A DNA stretch of 40,855 nucleotides, from IMG/VR virus record IMGVR_UViG_3300036791_001321, positions 1 to 40,855 of that record; one strand, 5' to 3'. The notes beneath the pieces were generated by a model, which worked only from the letters and a program-made list of their open reading frames with translations, had not been told where the DNA came from and did not search any database. This DNA is from a virus. The position numbers were made by a program, and so were the translations under genes. This document shows, piece by piece, positions 1-8,368 of the stretch. Numbering within the stretch: position 1 is the stretch's first letter; every line of letters starts with the position of its first letter.

Positions 1-127
1 TCGACCTTGCGCAAGGATTTGGAATCATGGCGCGGGCGCAAGTTCGAGGATGCCGACTTTGGCCCCAACGGGTTCAGCATCGAGAAACTCCTCGGTGTGC
101 CGTGCATGATCGCGGTCACGCACGCGG
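1..127 (+). repeat. Terminal overlap copy A, identical to 40729-40855
   Basis: Base-by-base reading shows tcgaccttgcgcaaggatttgg...gcggtcacgcacgcgg at both contig ends. Confidence 0.95.
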
Positions 128-399
128 ACTCCAAGGGCAGTACCTACGCCAACGTGACCGCGGTGATGGGCGTGCCGCGCGGCACGCAGATACCGCCCGC
201 GGTCAATCCGCTTGTATTCTTGGGGCTCGACAAGGCGGAATTCAAGAAAGAGATTTTCGATAACTTGTCCGAGGGTTTGCAAAAGACCATCAGCGCGTCG
301 CCTGAGTATGCCGAGTTGACCAACCCGCGTCCGCGGCCCGCGCCTCCGAAGCCGGTTCAAGCGGCGACCGATATTGATGATGACGCGATTCCTTTTTGA
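1..399 (+). CDS. SSB-like / DUF669-like phage protein, C-terminal part (continues from 40501..40855 across the circular junction)
   Basis: Position 1 is in frame with the ORF starting at 40501 (..SSSDKSTLRKDLESW..). The C-terminus, DIDDDAIPF, matches the acidic tip of bacterial SSB (DDDIPF). Confidence 0.7.
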   Translation, partial: STLRKDLESWRGRKFEDADFGPNGFSIEKLLGVPCMIAVTHADSKGSTYANVTAVMGVPRGTQIPPAVNPLVFLGLDKAEFKKEIFDNLSEGLQKTISASPEYAELTNPRPRPAPPKPVQAATDIDDDAIPF

Positions 400-459
400 G
401 GATGCAAAAATGCGTACTTGCATAAAATGCTGCCGTGGTTCTTTTGGGAACATCGATAA

Positions 460-1317
460 ATGACCGACCGACCGCTCGCCATCGATCTTTTCTGCGGTTT
501 GGGAGGTTGGACGGAAGGTCTGCTTGCGGAAGGTTATGATGTGGTCGGATTCGACATCGAGCAACATGCCTACGGCGGCGAACGCTACCCTGCGCAGTTG
601 GTCATTCAGGACGTATTGACGCTGCACGGAAGCCAGTTCTGCACCGCCGCTCTGATTGTCGCGAGCCCGCCGTGCCAGAAATACTCTTACATGGCGATGC
701 CGTGGAAACGCGCGAAAAATCTGGCGAGGTGGTATCGCGCGAATCCGGTGCGGATCGTGGAACTCAACGCCCTGTTTGATGCGTGCTTCCGCATCCGGCG
801 TGAGGCTTCCGAGGCTGCCAGCCGTCATATCCCGATGATCATAGAGAACGTGCGTGGCGCCTGCCCATGGGTGGGGCAAAGCCGTTGGAACTTCGGATCG
901 TTCCATTTGTGGGGCGATATCCCGGCGCTGATGCCGACGGGACAGGCAATCAAAGCGCAGTCGCTCGCATCTGTCGAGCGCGAAGGCGTCAAGGCACCCG
1001 GAATGAATTGGTCTGACCAAACCAAGCGCGATCAAGATTTTACGCGCCATGCGGGTAAGCATGCCGTCGGGCGCAGTCCTGCGCCCGGTGATGGTGTGCG
1101 ATTCACTTCGCGGGATTGCGGTGTGGAGGGCATAAAAAACGGCAACGACTGGTTCGGCGCGGGCGAGAATTGCAGCCTTCAGCGGAAGGCTGCATCAGGG
1201 TCGTCCGCTCGCAAAGCCGCCTCCGCCATGATCGCCAAGATACCGGCGACGCTATCGCGTCACATCGCGCGCGTCTTTAAACCGCCATCAAAGGCGAGCG
1301 GCCATCAACAGGTATAG
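460..1317 (+). CDS. DNA (cytosine-5) methyltransferase
   Basis: Motif I DLFCGLGG, motif IV PPCQ (catalytic Cys) and motif VI IIENV occur in canonical order. The ATG is at 460. Confidence 0.85.
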   Translation: MTDRPLAIDLFCGLGGWTEGLLAEGYDVVGFDIEQHAYGGERYPAQLVIQDVLTLHGSQFCTAALIVASPPCQKYSYMAMPWKRAKNLARWYRANPVRIVELNALFDACFRIRREASEAASRHIPMIIENVRGACPWVGQSRWNFGSFHLWGDIPALMPTGQAIKAQSLASVEREGVKAPGMNWSDQTKRDQDFTRHAGKHAVGRSPAPGDGVRFTSRDCGVEGIKNGNDWFGAGENCSLQRKAASGSSARKAASAMIAKIPATLSRHIARVFKPPSKASGHQQV

Positions 1318-1322
1318 ATATA

Positions 1323-1604
1323 ATGTCCGAAGGACTCGCACCCATGACTCGCGACTTTCACGAAATGCCGCGCGCGCAACAAGCCGGTATCCGGTGTCAT
1401 GATCGGGACTTCCAGGAATGGCTTGGCGTGCCGGGGAAGTATCTGGACACGCCGCGCGGCGCGGACTTCGCCGCTCACATCGTGCGCGGACAATGTGGCA
1501 TCGACTCGCGCGCCGAGCTTGCGACCGACAATGACGCCGCGATTGAGTGGGATTTGATGCTGAAAGAGTATGAGGAACGCGAGCCGTTTACGTCACGAGA
1601 TTGA
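1323..1604 (+). CDS. Hypothetical protein
   Basis: A 93-aa ORF starts 5 nt after the methyltransferase stop in the same operon. No motif recognised. Confidence 0.45.
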   Translation: MSEGLAPMTRDFHEMPRAQQAGIRCHDRDFQEWLGVPGKYLDTPRGADFAAHIVRGQCGIDSRAELATDNDAAIEWDLMLKEYEEREPFTSRD

Positions 1605-1668
1605 GCGCGTCGCACGACCCAGTTTTAGCCCGCCCCGAGGAATTTTCCACACGTCAAGGCTTATTGAT

Positions 1669-1995
1669 ATGACCGCTCCGGATCCTCAAAAAACCGCAGA
1701 AAACCGCCAACCGCGGCTTATGAACGGCAAGCAAGCGGCGGAATACATGGGGCTTTCCCCGCGTTTTCTAAGGTCACTCGTGGAAAAGTCCACATTGCGG
1801 TATATTCGCCTTGGTAAACGGCGGTTCTTCGTTGCAGAAGATTTGGAAGCCGCCATTACAAGCGCAAGGGAAAACGCACCATGTCACTTAAACACCGCGG
1901 CAAGTCGAAAATCTGGCATTACGAGTTCGAAATCAACGGCATCCCATTTCGCAAATCGACTCAGACTTGTGACCGGAAGGAAGCCGAAGCCATAG
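1669..1995 (+). CDS. Excisionase-like / MerR-type HTH DNA-binding protein
   Basis: The segment NGKQAAEYMGLSPRFLRSLVEKSTLRYIRLGKRRFF resembles excisionase-family HTH proteins. The ORF lies directly upstream of the integrase and overlaps it. The start is uncertain (ATG at 1669 or 1720). Confidence 0.55.
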   Translation: MTAPDPQKTAENRQPRLMNGKQAAEYMGLSPRFLRSLVEKSTLRYIRLGKRRFFVAEDLEAAITSARENAPCHLNTAASRKSGITSSKSTASHFANRLRLVTGRKPKP

Positions 1996-3086
1996 AAATG
2001 AAAGCGAAGGTCGAAGCGCGGGCCGAGCTTCTAAACCCGACGCCGCGCGCCAAGACCATGACTATCGCCGAATCCCTGTTGAAAGACTGGGACTTAAAAT
2101 CCAAATATCTCAAGAGCGCGAAAACCATCCGCGGCTATATGGGAAATCTAAGCGTAAAGGTCGAGAAAATCGGGCGTGCGATTTCCGACCTCACATGGGC
2201 CGAGCTAACTCAGGAACATTTGATTGAGTACGTCGCACATCGTCGCGGCGAGGGCGTAACCGTCATCAAGGGAGGCGAGCGCGTGAAAGACTTGGAACGT
2301 CGCCGCGTTGCCAACGCGACCGTCAACCACGACATCAAACACCTCCGGAAAGTTTTTAATCAACTCAAGGGATGGGGCGTCGCCAAACCGGACATTGAGT
2401 GGACAAAACTATTTTTGGCGAAATCCGGCGAGCGCGTTTTTTATCTCACGATTGACCAAGAGCGCGCCTTGATCAAAAACCTCCGGGGTGATTTCTGCGC
2501 ACTCGTTAAATTTTCCATCGCAAGCGGGGCGCGCATCGGGTCAACGCGATTGCTGAAATGGTCGGATATCGATTTCGTCGGGCGCACGATCACGTTTCGC
2601 AAAATGAAAGGCGAGGGTGACGTAAGGGCGCACATCATCCCGCTCATCCCCGAGCTTGCCGCGTTACTTGATGCCGAGCGCGGCAAACATCCGATTTTCG
2701 TTTTCACGTTCGAGTGCGCCAAGACCCGCAGCCGCGGCATGGCGGGCGTTCAGCGCATCCAGGGCGAACGTTACCCGTTCTCCGAAGGTGGCTGGCGCCG
2801 CCCCTGGAAGCGGGCGCTTGAAGCCGCTGGCATCCCTGCGGGGCGGTTCAATGACGGCTTTTGCTTCCACGACCTTCGTCACACTGCCGGATCGCGGATT
2901 ACGCGGGCGAAGGGGATTGCGGTTGCGCAGCAACTCCTAGGGCACTCCGACATTGCAACCACGCGCCGTTACTCGCATGTGCTTATGGATGACGTTGCGG
3001 CGGCCATGAGCGCGGTAAGCACCCTCGGGGATACCCCACAAGAGACTGTCGCGGTGTTGCAACCGCCGCGGCGGGTCGGAGAGTAG
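1881..3086 (+). CDS. int: Tyrosine recombinase / phage integrase
   Basis: The C-terminal catalytic signature is present: SGARIGSTRLL (Arg box) ... HDLRHTAGSR ... LLGHSDIATTRRYSHV (H-x-x-R, H, Y). The N-terminal WHYEFEINGIPFRKSTQTCDRKEAE is typical of an integrase arm-binding region. Confidence 0.9.
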   Translation: MSLKHRGKSKIWHYEFEINGIPFRKSTQTCDRKEAEAIEMKAKVEARAELLNPTPRAKTMTIAESLLKDWDLKSKYLKSAKTIRGYMGNLSVKVEKIGRAISDLTWAELTQEHLIEYVAHRRGEGVTVIKGGERVKDLERRRVANATVNHDIKHLRKVFNQLKGWGVAKPDIEWTKLFLAKSGERVFYLTIDQERALIKNLRGDFCALVKFSIASGARIGSTRLLKWSDIDFVGRTITFRKMKGEGDVRAHIIPLIPELAALLDAERGKHPIFVFTFECAKTRSRGMAGVQRIQGERYPFSEGGWRRPWKRALEAAGIPAGRFNDGFCFHDLRHTAGSRITRAKGIAVAQQLLGHSDIATTRRYSHVLMDDVAAAMSAVSTLGDTPQETVAVLQPPRRVGE

Positions 3087-3122
3087 CGGACAACATCCCT
3101 TGCCCTGCTATTCCGAGACCGG

Positions 3123-3157
3123 CCCCGGCGTGCTCATCCGCGCCGGGGTTTTTCTTT
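3123..3157 (+). terminator. Rho-independent terminator after int
   Basis: Stem CCCCGGCG (3123-3130) pairs with CGCCGGGG (3141-3148) and is followed by TTTTTCTTT. Confidence 0.75.
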
Positions 3158-3183
3158 GTCGATGACGGTTGGATTGGGGAACG

Positions 3184-3469
3184 TGTGCGGGCCGGAAATT
3201 CCGCTCATTGTGCGGAGTCCGCACAAAAACCCGCACAAGGGATTGAAGGGATGCAAGAAAGCGTTGGGACTGTGGGGAATTTAGACTTTGCGCGTAGGGC
3301 CCCCAGTCTGATGCGCTACCAGGCTGCGCTACGCCCCGACCTTTACTTAAGCCGTGATTTCATAAGGGTTTTTGGCATTCCATGCAAGCCTCGCTGCAGA
3401 ACGAAAAGGGAAAATAAAAGCCTAGAGGGGACCAAAACGACCCTGTGAGTCCGCACAAAAGTCCGCACA
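3184..3469. promoter_or_regulatory. attP-like region with six CCGCACA/TGTGCGG repeats flanking a tRNA-like core
   Basis: TGTGCGG occurs at 3184 and 3209. CCGCACA occurs at 3219, 3231, 3451 and 3463. The first four lie left and the last two right of the tRNA-Pro-like segment, immediately downstream of int. Confidence 0.6.
3300..3338 (-). other. Partial tRNA-Pro(GGG)-like sequence (positions 1 to about 38 only), probable att core
   Basis: The minus strand reads CGGGGCG-TA-GCGC-AGCCTGGTA-GCGC-A-TCAGA-CTGGGGG: acceptor 5' arm, D arm, 5' anticodon stem and a loop with anticodon GGG. The following sequence (CCCTACGCG) cannot pair, and there is no T arm or 3' acceptor. Confidence 0.7.
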
Positions 3470-3495
3470 CTCGTTCTCCCTCCGTTCTCATAAAG

Positions 3496-3513
3496 TTTAG
3501 CAACTTTAGCAAC
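3496..3513 (+). repeat. Tandem 9-bp direct repeat TTTAGCAAC x2 upstream of the HisF2-like gene
   Basis: The sequence tttagcaactttagcaac was read directly. It lies about 50 nt upstream of the ATG at 3562. Confidence 0.8.
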
Positions 3514-3561
3514 CCCGTCCCCGTTTCTCGGGCCATAGAGGTCCCCACATTTTCCCCACAA

Positions 3562-4341
3562 ATGCTGAAACAGCGCATCATTCCAAAGTTCCTCCTGCGC
3601 GATGGGCGGCTGGTGAAATACACCCGCTTCTTCGAGCAGGAGCGACAGGCGGGTAACCCGGTGTCCACCGCGCGTGTGTATAACGATTACGACGTCGATG
3701 AACTTATTATCCTCGACATCGCGCCGAGCGAAGAATCGCGGCACGGTGTCTTAAAAAGCATCTTCGATATTGGCGAAGAGGTCTTTATGCCGCTTACCGT
3801 TGGCGGCGGTATCCGTACCATTGCGCACATCAACGATCTCCTTCGTATTGGTGCCGATAAGGTCGCGATCAACAGCCAAGCGGTGCGTGCGCCCGAGTTT
3901 GTGAAGGAGGCGGGGAATGTCTTCGGCAACCAGTGCATCACCGTGTCAATAGACTACAAGGAAGTGTCGCCCGGGGTGTTCCGGGTGTTCATCGACAGCG
4001 GACGCGAGATAACCGTCCATGATCCTGTGGAATGGGCCATGCGCATGCAGGACCTGAACTGCGGCGAAATCCTTCTTACCAGCATTGACCGGGACGGCAC
4101 CATGTCCGGCTATGACATGGATATGGTCGCAAGACTGAATGAGATTCTAAGCGTTCCGCTGGTGGTATCCGGCGGCTGCGGCAGCCTGAAGCACTGCATC
4201 GACACATTCAACGTAGGCGTGTCCGCGGTGGCGATTTCGAGCCTGTTCCTGTTTACCGATCACAGCCCGATCAAACTGCGCTCGCACCTGGTTTCCAACG
4301 GCATTAACGTCAGACCCCCCGCCCCGCACGCATGGTTCTGA
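3562..4341 (+). CDS. HisF-like TIM-barrel protein of the HisF2/WbuZ (glycan acetamidino-modification) type
   Basis: Full-length collinearity by eye with HisF: MLKQRIIPKFLLRDGRLVK, TVGGGIR, GADKVAINS, SIDYK, ILLTSIDRDGT, VSGG. The N-terminal catalytic Asp (CLDV in HisF) is Leu here (KFLL), as I recall for the glycan-cluster paralogs. The start was moved from 3445 to the ATG at 3562. Confidence 0.75.
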   Translation: MLKQRIIPKFLLRDGRLVKYTRFFEQERQAGNPVSTARVYNDYDVDELIILDIAPSEESRHGVLKSIFDIGEEVFMPLTVGGGIRTIAHINDLLRIGADKVAINSQAVRAPEFVKEAGNVFGNQCITVSIDYKEVSPGVFRVFIDSGREITVHDPVEWAMRMQDLNCGEILLTSIDRDGTMSGYDMDMVARLNEILSVPLVVSGGCGSLKHCIDTFNVGVSAVAISSLFLFTDHSPIKLRSHLVSNGINVRPPAPHAWF

Positions 4342-4463
4342 ATGTATCAGAGCGCATCCTTATTTCCGGCCATAGCCCCGCGACCTTTTGGATAAATAGG
4401 CTCGAACACGGGCCCATTTCCTGGCATAGACTGCGGCCCCAAACCCCGCGCGAAAGGCGACCC

Positions 4464-4757
4464 ATGCACATACTGGTAACAATTGGTCTTATCTATTTGG
4501 GTGGCTGGCTTGTAATCGAGATATGCCAGCAAGGTTTCTTGCCCATTTTGCTCGCTATATTTTTCGCACCGCTCGTCATTGGTGCCTTCGTCTGGGGCGT
4601 AATCTTCCTTAATGGGACCCCTTGGCCGGGTTACGCGATCTTTGCAATGATTGCGGGGGGGCTCGCTTGGGAAATGGGAGGATTCGCTTGGGAAATAGGG
4701 TCCGAAATTCGCGCGTTTTTTCAACGATCGTCGCGAAAGACGATTTCCCCTAAATGA
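4464..4757 (+). CDS. Small membrane protein (about 3 TM segments)
   Basis: The product MHILVTIGLIYLGGWLVIEIC...FLPILLAIFFAPLVIGAFVWGVIFL...AIFAMIAGGLAW is strongly hydrophobic. The gene lies between the HisF2-like gene and the convergent structural operon. Confidence 0.5.
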   Translation: MHILVTIGLIYLGGWLVIEICQQGFLPILLAIFFAPLVIGAFVWGVIFLNGTPWPGYAIFAMIAGGLAWEMGGFAWEIGSEIRAFFQRSSRKTISPK

Positions 4758-4778
4758 TAGTCGCCCATCGACCGCCCT

Positions 4779-6896
4779 TCATTTTTGCGGCGGTGCGTTC
4801 CAGTTTGCCGCCCGGCTCATCGTCGCCATGTATTGTGCGATGGCGTCTTTCAAGTGCGGTTCCCCTTCCGCAATCGCCGCAAGCCCGCCAAGTTGCCCGG
4901 TAAAGCCGGGATAGGTAAGCCCCGGCTTTGCGGCCTTCGCCAGCCAGCCAACGAAGCTCGGACTTGTCAAAAGCTTTGCCACTGCAAACGGCGCCACCAC
5001 ACCAGTTCCGAATCCCTTCCAGTCGCCGGTTGTCGCCGCCCCAACTCCGCCAGTCACAAGACCGAGGCCCGCCAAAGCCCCGGCGGTATGCGACCAATTG
5101 GTGCCCTCGACCGAGCCCTTGACCGCCTTGCTCAAGGTCACAAGCCGGTCGAGCGGCTCGCGCATCCCGCCGTATTCGCCGCCATAAAACAATGTGGTCT
5201 TTGCTTCCGGCGACAGGTTTTTCCAATTGTTTATAAATGTCGTCGGCGAGAAATCGCGGCTTAAGGTCGTGTCGTAGCCTTGATCGGCAAGCCCCATGCG
5301 ATTCAAGACCGACGCCGTGACATTGTTCCAGCCATTCATGTTGACCTTGCCGGTCACCGGGTCGGTATAAACCAGGTTTCGGCGCAACATCGCGAGCGTA
5401 TCGTCGCCGAGCCTACTTCCCTGCATAACGGAATTGCCGATTTCCGCATCCGTACTGTTGTGCAACATCGAGCGCATCGGGATTATGTTGTCTTGAAGTG
5501 TCTTGGCATAATTCTCAGCAAACGAATTGTGTGCGGCGAGCGCTTCGGGACTGACGCCTCCGGCGATGTCGCCCAAATCGGCGACCGACGCCTTATAGAG
5601 TTGTTGCAGCGCACCGCGATCGATGTCCGGCGCAATCGATGGGTCGCCGATGATTTTACCGATGCCTTTATGAAACTTGTCGATTGCCTCATAGCTGAGT
5701 GACTTCGGCGTGCCATCCGGCCCGACGACATCGGACAAGAAATTATTGATGTGCGTTTGAAGCGGTTTGTTTGCGAGCCCTTCCATGGTGTTGGGTAATT
5801 CCGTTGAGCTTGCCGAATCAGTCAGACTCTTTATGTAATTCAAGGTTTGGGCCGGAATGCCCGACGCGCCTTGCAAAAGGTCGGTGACATTCTTGCGCGC
5901 CGCGGTGGTCGCCGCGTTGATACGATCCAGCGCCCCCGCTACGCCGTTTCTGATCGTGCCGCCAAGTTGCTGGTTGGTTTGCGCGGTGCCGATATCGTTG
6001 ATGGTTTGGTTGGCGTATTGCTTGACCGCATCAACCGCGTCGGCTCGCGCCCCGCCAATCACACCCGCCGCGGTCGGGGCCTCTTTCAGTCCGCTCTCAA
6101 ATGCCGCTATCGGGCCCCCGGCGATCTGGCCCGCGGTCGGACGCGCACCGATGGATTGAAACGCCCGGTATAATTGATCCATGCCGGTACCAACAAAGCG
6201 GTTGGTCGCGCCCGCAACCGCTTTGGAAACCGCTTGCACGGCGGGCGGAACATATTTTAGTCCAAGCTGATCGAGTGTGAACCCCGCCGCGGGATCGGTG
6301 AGCCGTTCCATTGGCCCGCGCGTATCAACGCGATTGCCGAGAAAATCGAGCGTGCGGTCGTAAAGTTCGCCCGCGCCTTGCGACCCGAGCCCATAAGCGA
6401 CGCGCGCCGCGGGGATGCCGCCGAGCAACGACACGCCCGCGGTTTCCGGCGCGAGTGCGACGCCGCCAATTGCGGGCACCGCGGCGGCGGCGGCCCCGCC
6501 AAACATTTGCGCAATCTCGCGCCCCATGCTCGCGACATCGCCGAGGCCGGGGTGACTCGACTTATAGAGCGTCGGAACTTTGGTCTCAGGGTCGGTATAA
6601 ATGAAGTTGTTGGTTCCGTAGGGTTGTGCATCCGGATAAAACTTGCGCAGCGTCGCCAACCTGTCGCCCGCATCGCCGACCGAGCCGACCGTTGCGCGCA
6701 CGGTCAACGGCGCCCCCGCGCCGCTGATCATCGACGGCGGAATATTGGCGAACGCTTGCGGATTCGGCGGCGCGGACGCATCCGGGCTCGCTATCGGGTT
6801 TCCGACCACCGAGCGCGAATCCAGCGCATCAAACGGATTGTCCGTTTGCACAACGCCGCGCGGGTCGATGGCGTCGAAGGGGTTTTTGGGCGGCAT
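4779..6896 (-). CDS. Large internal virion / ejection-type protein (putative)
   Basis: A 705-aa product of the last gene in the structural operon. It is Gly/Ala-rich, with an N-terminal duplicated NPFDA(I/L)D motif. The position parallels the T7-like internal core proteins. Confidence 0.4.
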   Translation of the reverse strand: MPPKNPFDAIDPRGVVQTDNPFDALDSRSVVGNPIASPDASAPPNPQAFANIPPSMISGAGAPLTVRATVGSVGDAGDRLATLRKFYPDAQPYGTNNFIYTDPETKVPTLYKSSHPGLGDVASMGREIAQMFGGAAAAAVPAIGGVALAPETAGVSLLGGIPAARVAYGLGSQGAGELYDRTLDFLGNRVDTRGPMERLTDPAAGFTLDQLGLKYVPPAVQAVSKAVAGATNRFVGTGMDQLYRAFQSIGARPTAGQIAGGPIAAFESGLKEAPTAAGVIGGARADAVDAVKQYANQTINDIGTAQTNQQLGGTIRNGVAGALDRINAATTAARKNVTDLLQGASGIPAQTLNYIKSLTDSASSTELPNTMEGLANKPLQTHINNFLSDVVGPDGTPKSLSYEAIDKFHKGIGKIIGDPSIAPDIDRGALQQLYKASVADLGDIAGGVSPEALAAHNSFAENYAKTLQDNIIPMRSMLHNSTDAEIGNSVMQGSRLGDDTLAMLRRNLVYTDPVTGKVNMNGWNNVTASVLNRMGLADQGYDTTLSRDFSPTTFINNWKNLSPEAKTTLFYGGEYGGMREPLDRLVTLSKAVKGSVEGTNWSHTAGALAGLGLVTGGVGAATTGDWKGFGTGVVAPFAVAKLLTSPSFVGWLAKAAKPGLTYPGFTGQLGGLAAIAEGEPHLKDAIAQYMATMSRAANWNAPPQK

Positions 6897-8368
6897 TATT
6901 GGCCCCCGCGCTTTAGAACATCATCCGCGGCCCCGTCATAATATTTTTGGTCGAAAAAGCTTTTGTTTGCGTCGGTCGGGGCATCCCGCAGTCCCTTGAT
7001 TGCTGGCGGTGTCGGCAACCAAATAGGATCGGGCGCGACATGCTCGGGGTTGACCTTGGCGCCTGTCGCGAGGTCGCGGTATTGATTCTGAATACCACGA
7101 TAATTGTTAACTTGTGTCCTGAACAGACTCCGACCCACTTGTGAAAGCTCGTTACGCTGTTCCGGCAAAAGGAGTTGGCCGGTCGAGTAACGTTGCCACG
7201 CCTTGCGGAATGTATCGCCGAGCGCGGAAACGGATGCTTCGTCGAGGGCTGAACCTTCTTTCGCCGCCGCAGCCCCCGGATTGGCAAGGTTGACGAAAGC
7301 ATAAAGTGCCGCCTTGTCGCCCGCGGGCGATCCAAGACTAAGCCCTGATGCCATCCGTTGAAGCGACTGTTGCGCAGTGTTGATCGGCGCAAGTTTCGTA
7401 TCGGCTTCTTTTCGCAACGATTCTTCGCGGTTCGGAATCAGCCCCGGATTCGGATCGGGTGCGCCATCCATAACCTTGTCGCCTTGGTGCGTATAAAACG
7501 AATAACCTGTAGGACTAGCGGTATCCGCCCGCGTAATTAGCGGAGCGCCTGCATTCGGATTAGGCGCACCCCTCACCATTACGCGCCCGCTGCGATCGGT
7601 GTAGGAAAAGCCGGTCGGGCTCGATGGGTCCGCGGCAACAAGCGGCGCATTGTTGATTCCATAGGGCTCACTTCCGCCAACCGTATGAAGCGCTCCCGAC
7701 TTGTCGAGATAGCCTTGTGTTAAGCCTCCCGGCCCTTTTACTTCTTTCAATTCCGGCGTTTTCAGATTCTCGGCGAGGACTTGATTCAAGTTATACGGAT
7801 TGCGGAGTTGCTGCCCCTCGCCAAGATCGACCGGACCCGGCGCATAGAATGTCGATTTCATCGCCTGTTCTAAAATCGGCGCTATCATTTCCATCGGGCC
7901 GCCCGAGGGAAGCGCGTTCAGCATACTCACCGCTTGCGCGCGATAGCTTGCCGGTGTCGGCAGACCTTGCGCGGTCAATCCCGGCATACCGCCCGCCGCG
8001 GTTACTCCCGGCATCCCGCCCGCCGCGGGGGCCGCCGCGGCCATGGGATTGATTTGCGGAATAGCCGCATTCATGCGCGGCGCATTTGCACCATACGCGC
8101 CCGCCATTTGATTGGCGAATGCGTCCACCTGAGACGGCAAAAGCGCGCCGACGGGGGGACCGCCCGCGCCAGCATCGGGCGCGTTTGCCCCAAACCATTT
8201 TTTCAGGGCATCGACCGATTGCGTTTGCCGCTTTAACGTCGCGGCATTCTGCAACGCGACCATTTGTTCCGGGCTCGAATCCGCCATGACAATTGAGCCC
8301 AGCGCATTACCGATATTCGGCCCGAAAACGTTCTGCAACCCACGCCCTAGAAAATCAAGAAGTGCCAC
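6896..8368 (-). CDS. Internal virion protein (putative)
   Basis: A 490-aa low-complexity Ala/Gly/Pro/Asn protein with the tandem repeat AAGGMPGVTAAGGMPGLTA. Its stop overlaps the next gene's start by 1 nt. Confidence 0.4.
   Translation of the reverse strand: MALLDFLGRGLQNVFGPNIGNALGSIVMADSSPEQMVALQNAATLKRQTQSVDALKKWFGANAPDAGAGGPPVGALLPSQVDAFANQMAGAYGANAPRMNAAIPQINPMAAAAPAAGGMPGVTAAGGMPGLTAQGLPTPASYRAQAVSMLNALPSGGPMEMIAPILEQAMKSTFYAPGPVDLGEGQQLRNPYNLNQVLAENLKTPELKEVKGPGGLTQGYLDKSGALHTVGGSEPYGINNAPLVAADPSSPTGFSYTDRSGRVMVRGAPNPNAGAPLITRADTASPTGYSFYTHQGDKVMDGAPDPNPGLIPNREESLRKEADTKLAPINTAQQSLQRMASGLSLGSPAGDKAALYAFVNLANPGAAAAKEGSALDEASVSALGDTFRKAWQRYSTGQLLLPEQRNELSQVGRSLFRTQVNNYRGIQNQYRDLATGAKVNPEHVAPDPIWLPTPPAIKGLRDAPTDANKSFFDQKYYDGAADDVLKRGGQ

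Noticed and set aside
1-127. Biological direct terminal repeat, as in T7-like phages
   Set aside because: The length is exactly 127 nt, the repeat falls inside a coding sequence, and it restores one continuous ORF. An assembler overlap of a circular or permuted genome is the simpler reading, but it needs read-level confirmation.
25-1062. 345-aa minus-strand ORF antisense to the SSB-like and C5 methyltransferase genes
   Set aside because: It is Arg/His-rich with low-complexity composition, typical of a shadow ORF in GC-rich DNA. The plus-strand genes it overlaps carry clear catalytic motifs.
3290-3345. A complete tRNA-Pro gene
   Set aside because: Only positions 1 to about 38 are tRNA-like. 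The 3' anticodon stem, T arm and 3' acceptor are absent on reading, so it is an att-type fragment, not a functional tRNA.
3185-3744. ORFs 3185..3448 (+), 3343..3744 (-) and 3360..3668 (-) across the attP-like region
   Set aside because: They run through the tRNA-like fragment and the repeat-rich non-coding DNA, or are antisense to the start of the HisF2-like gene. They have no plausible start context or motifs.
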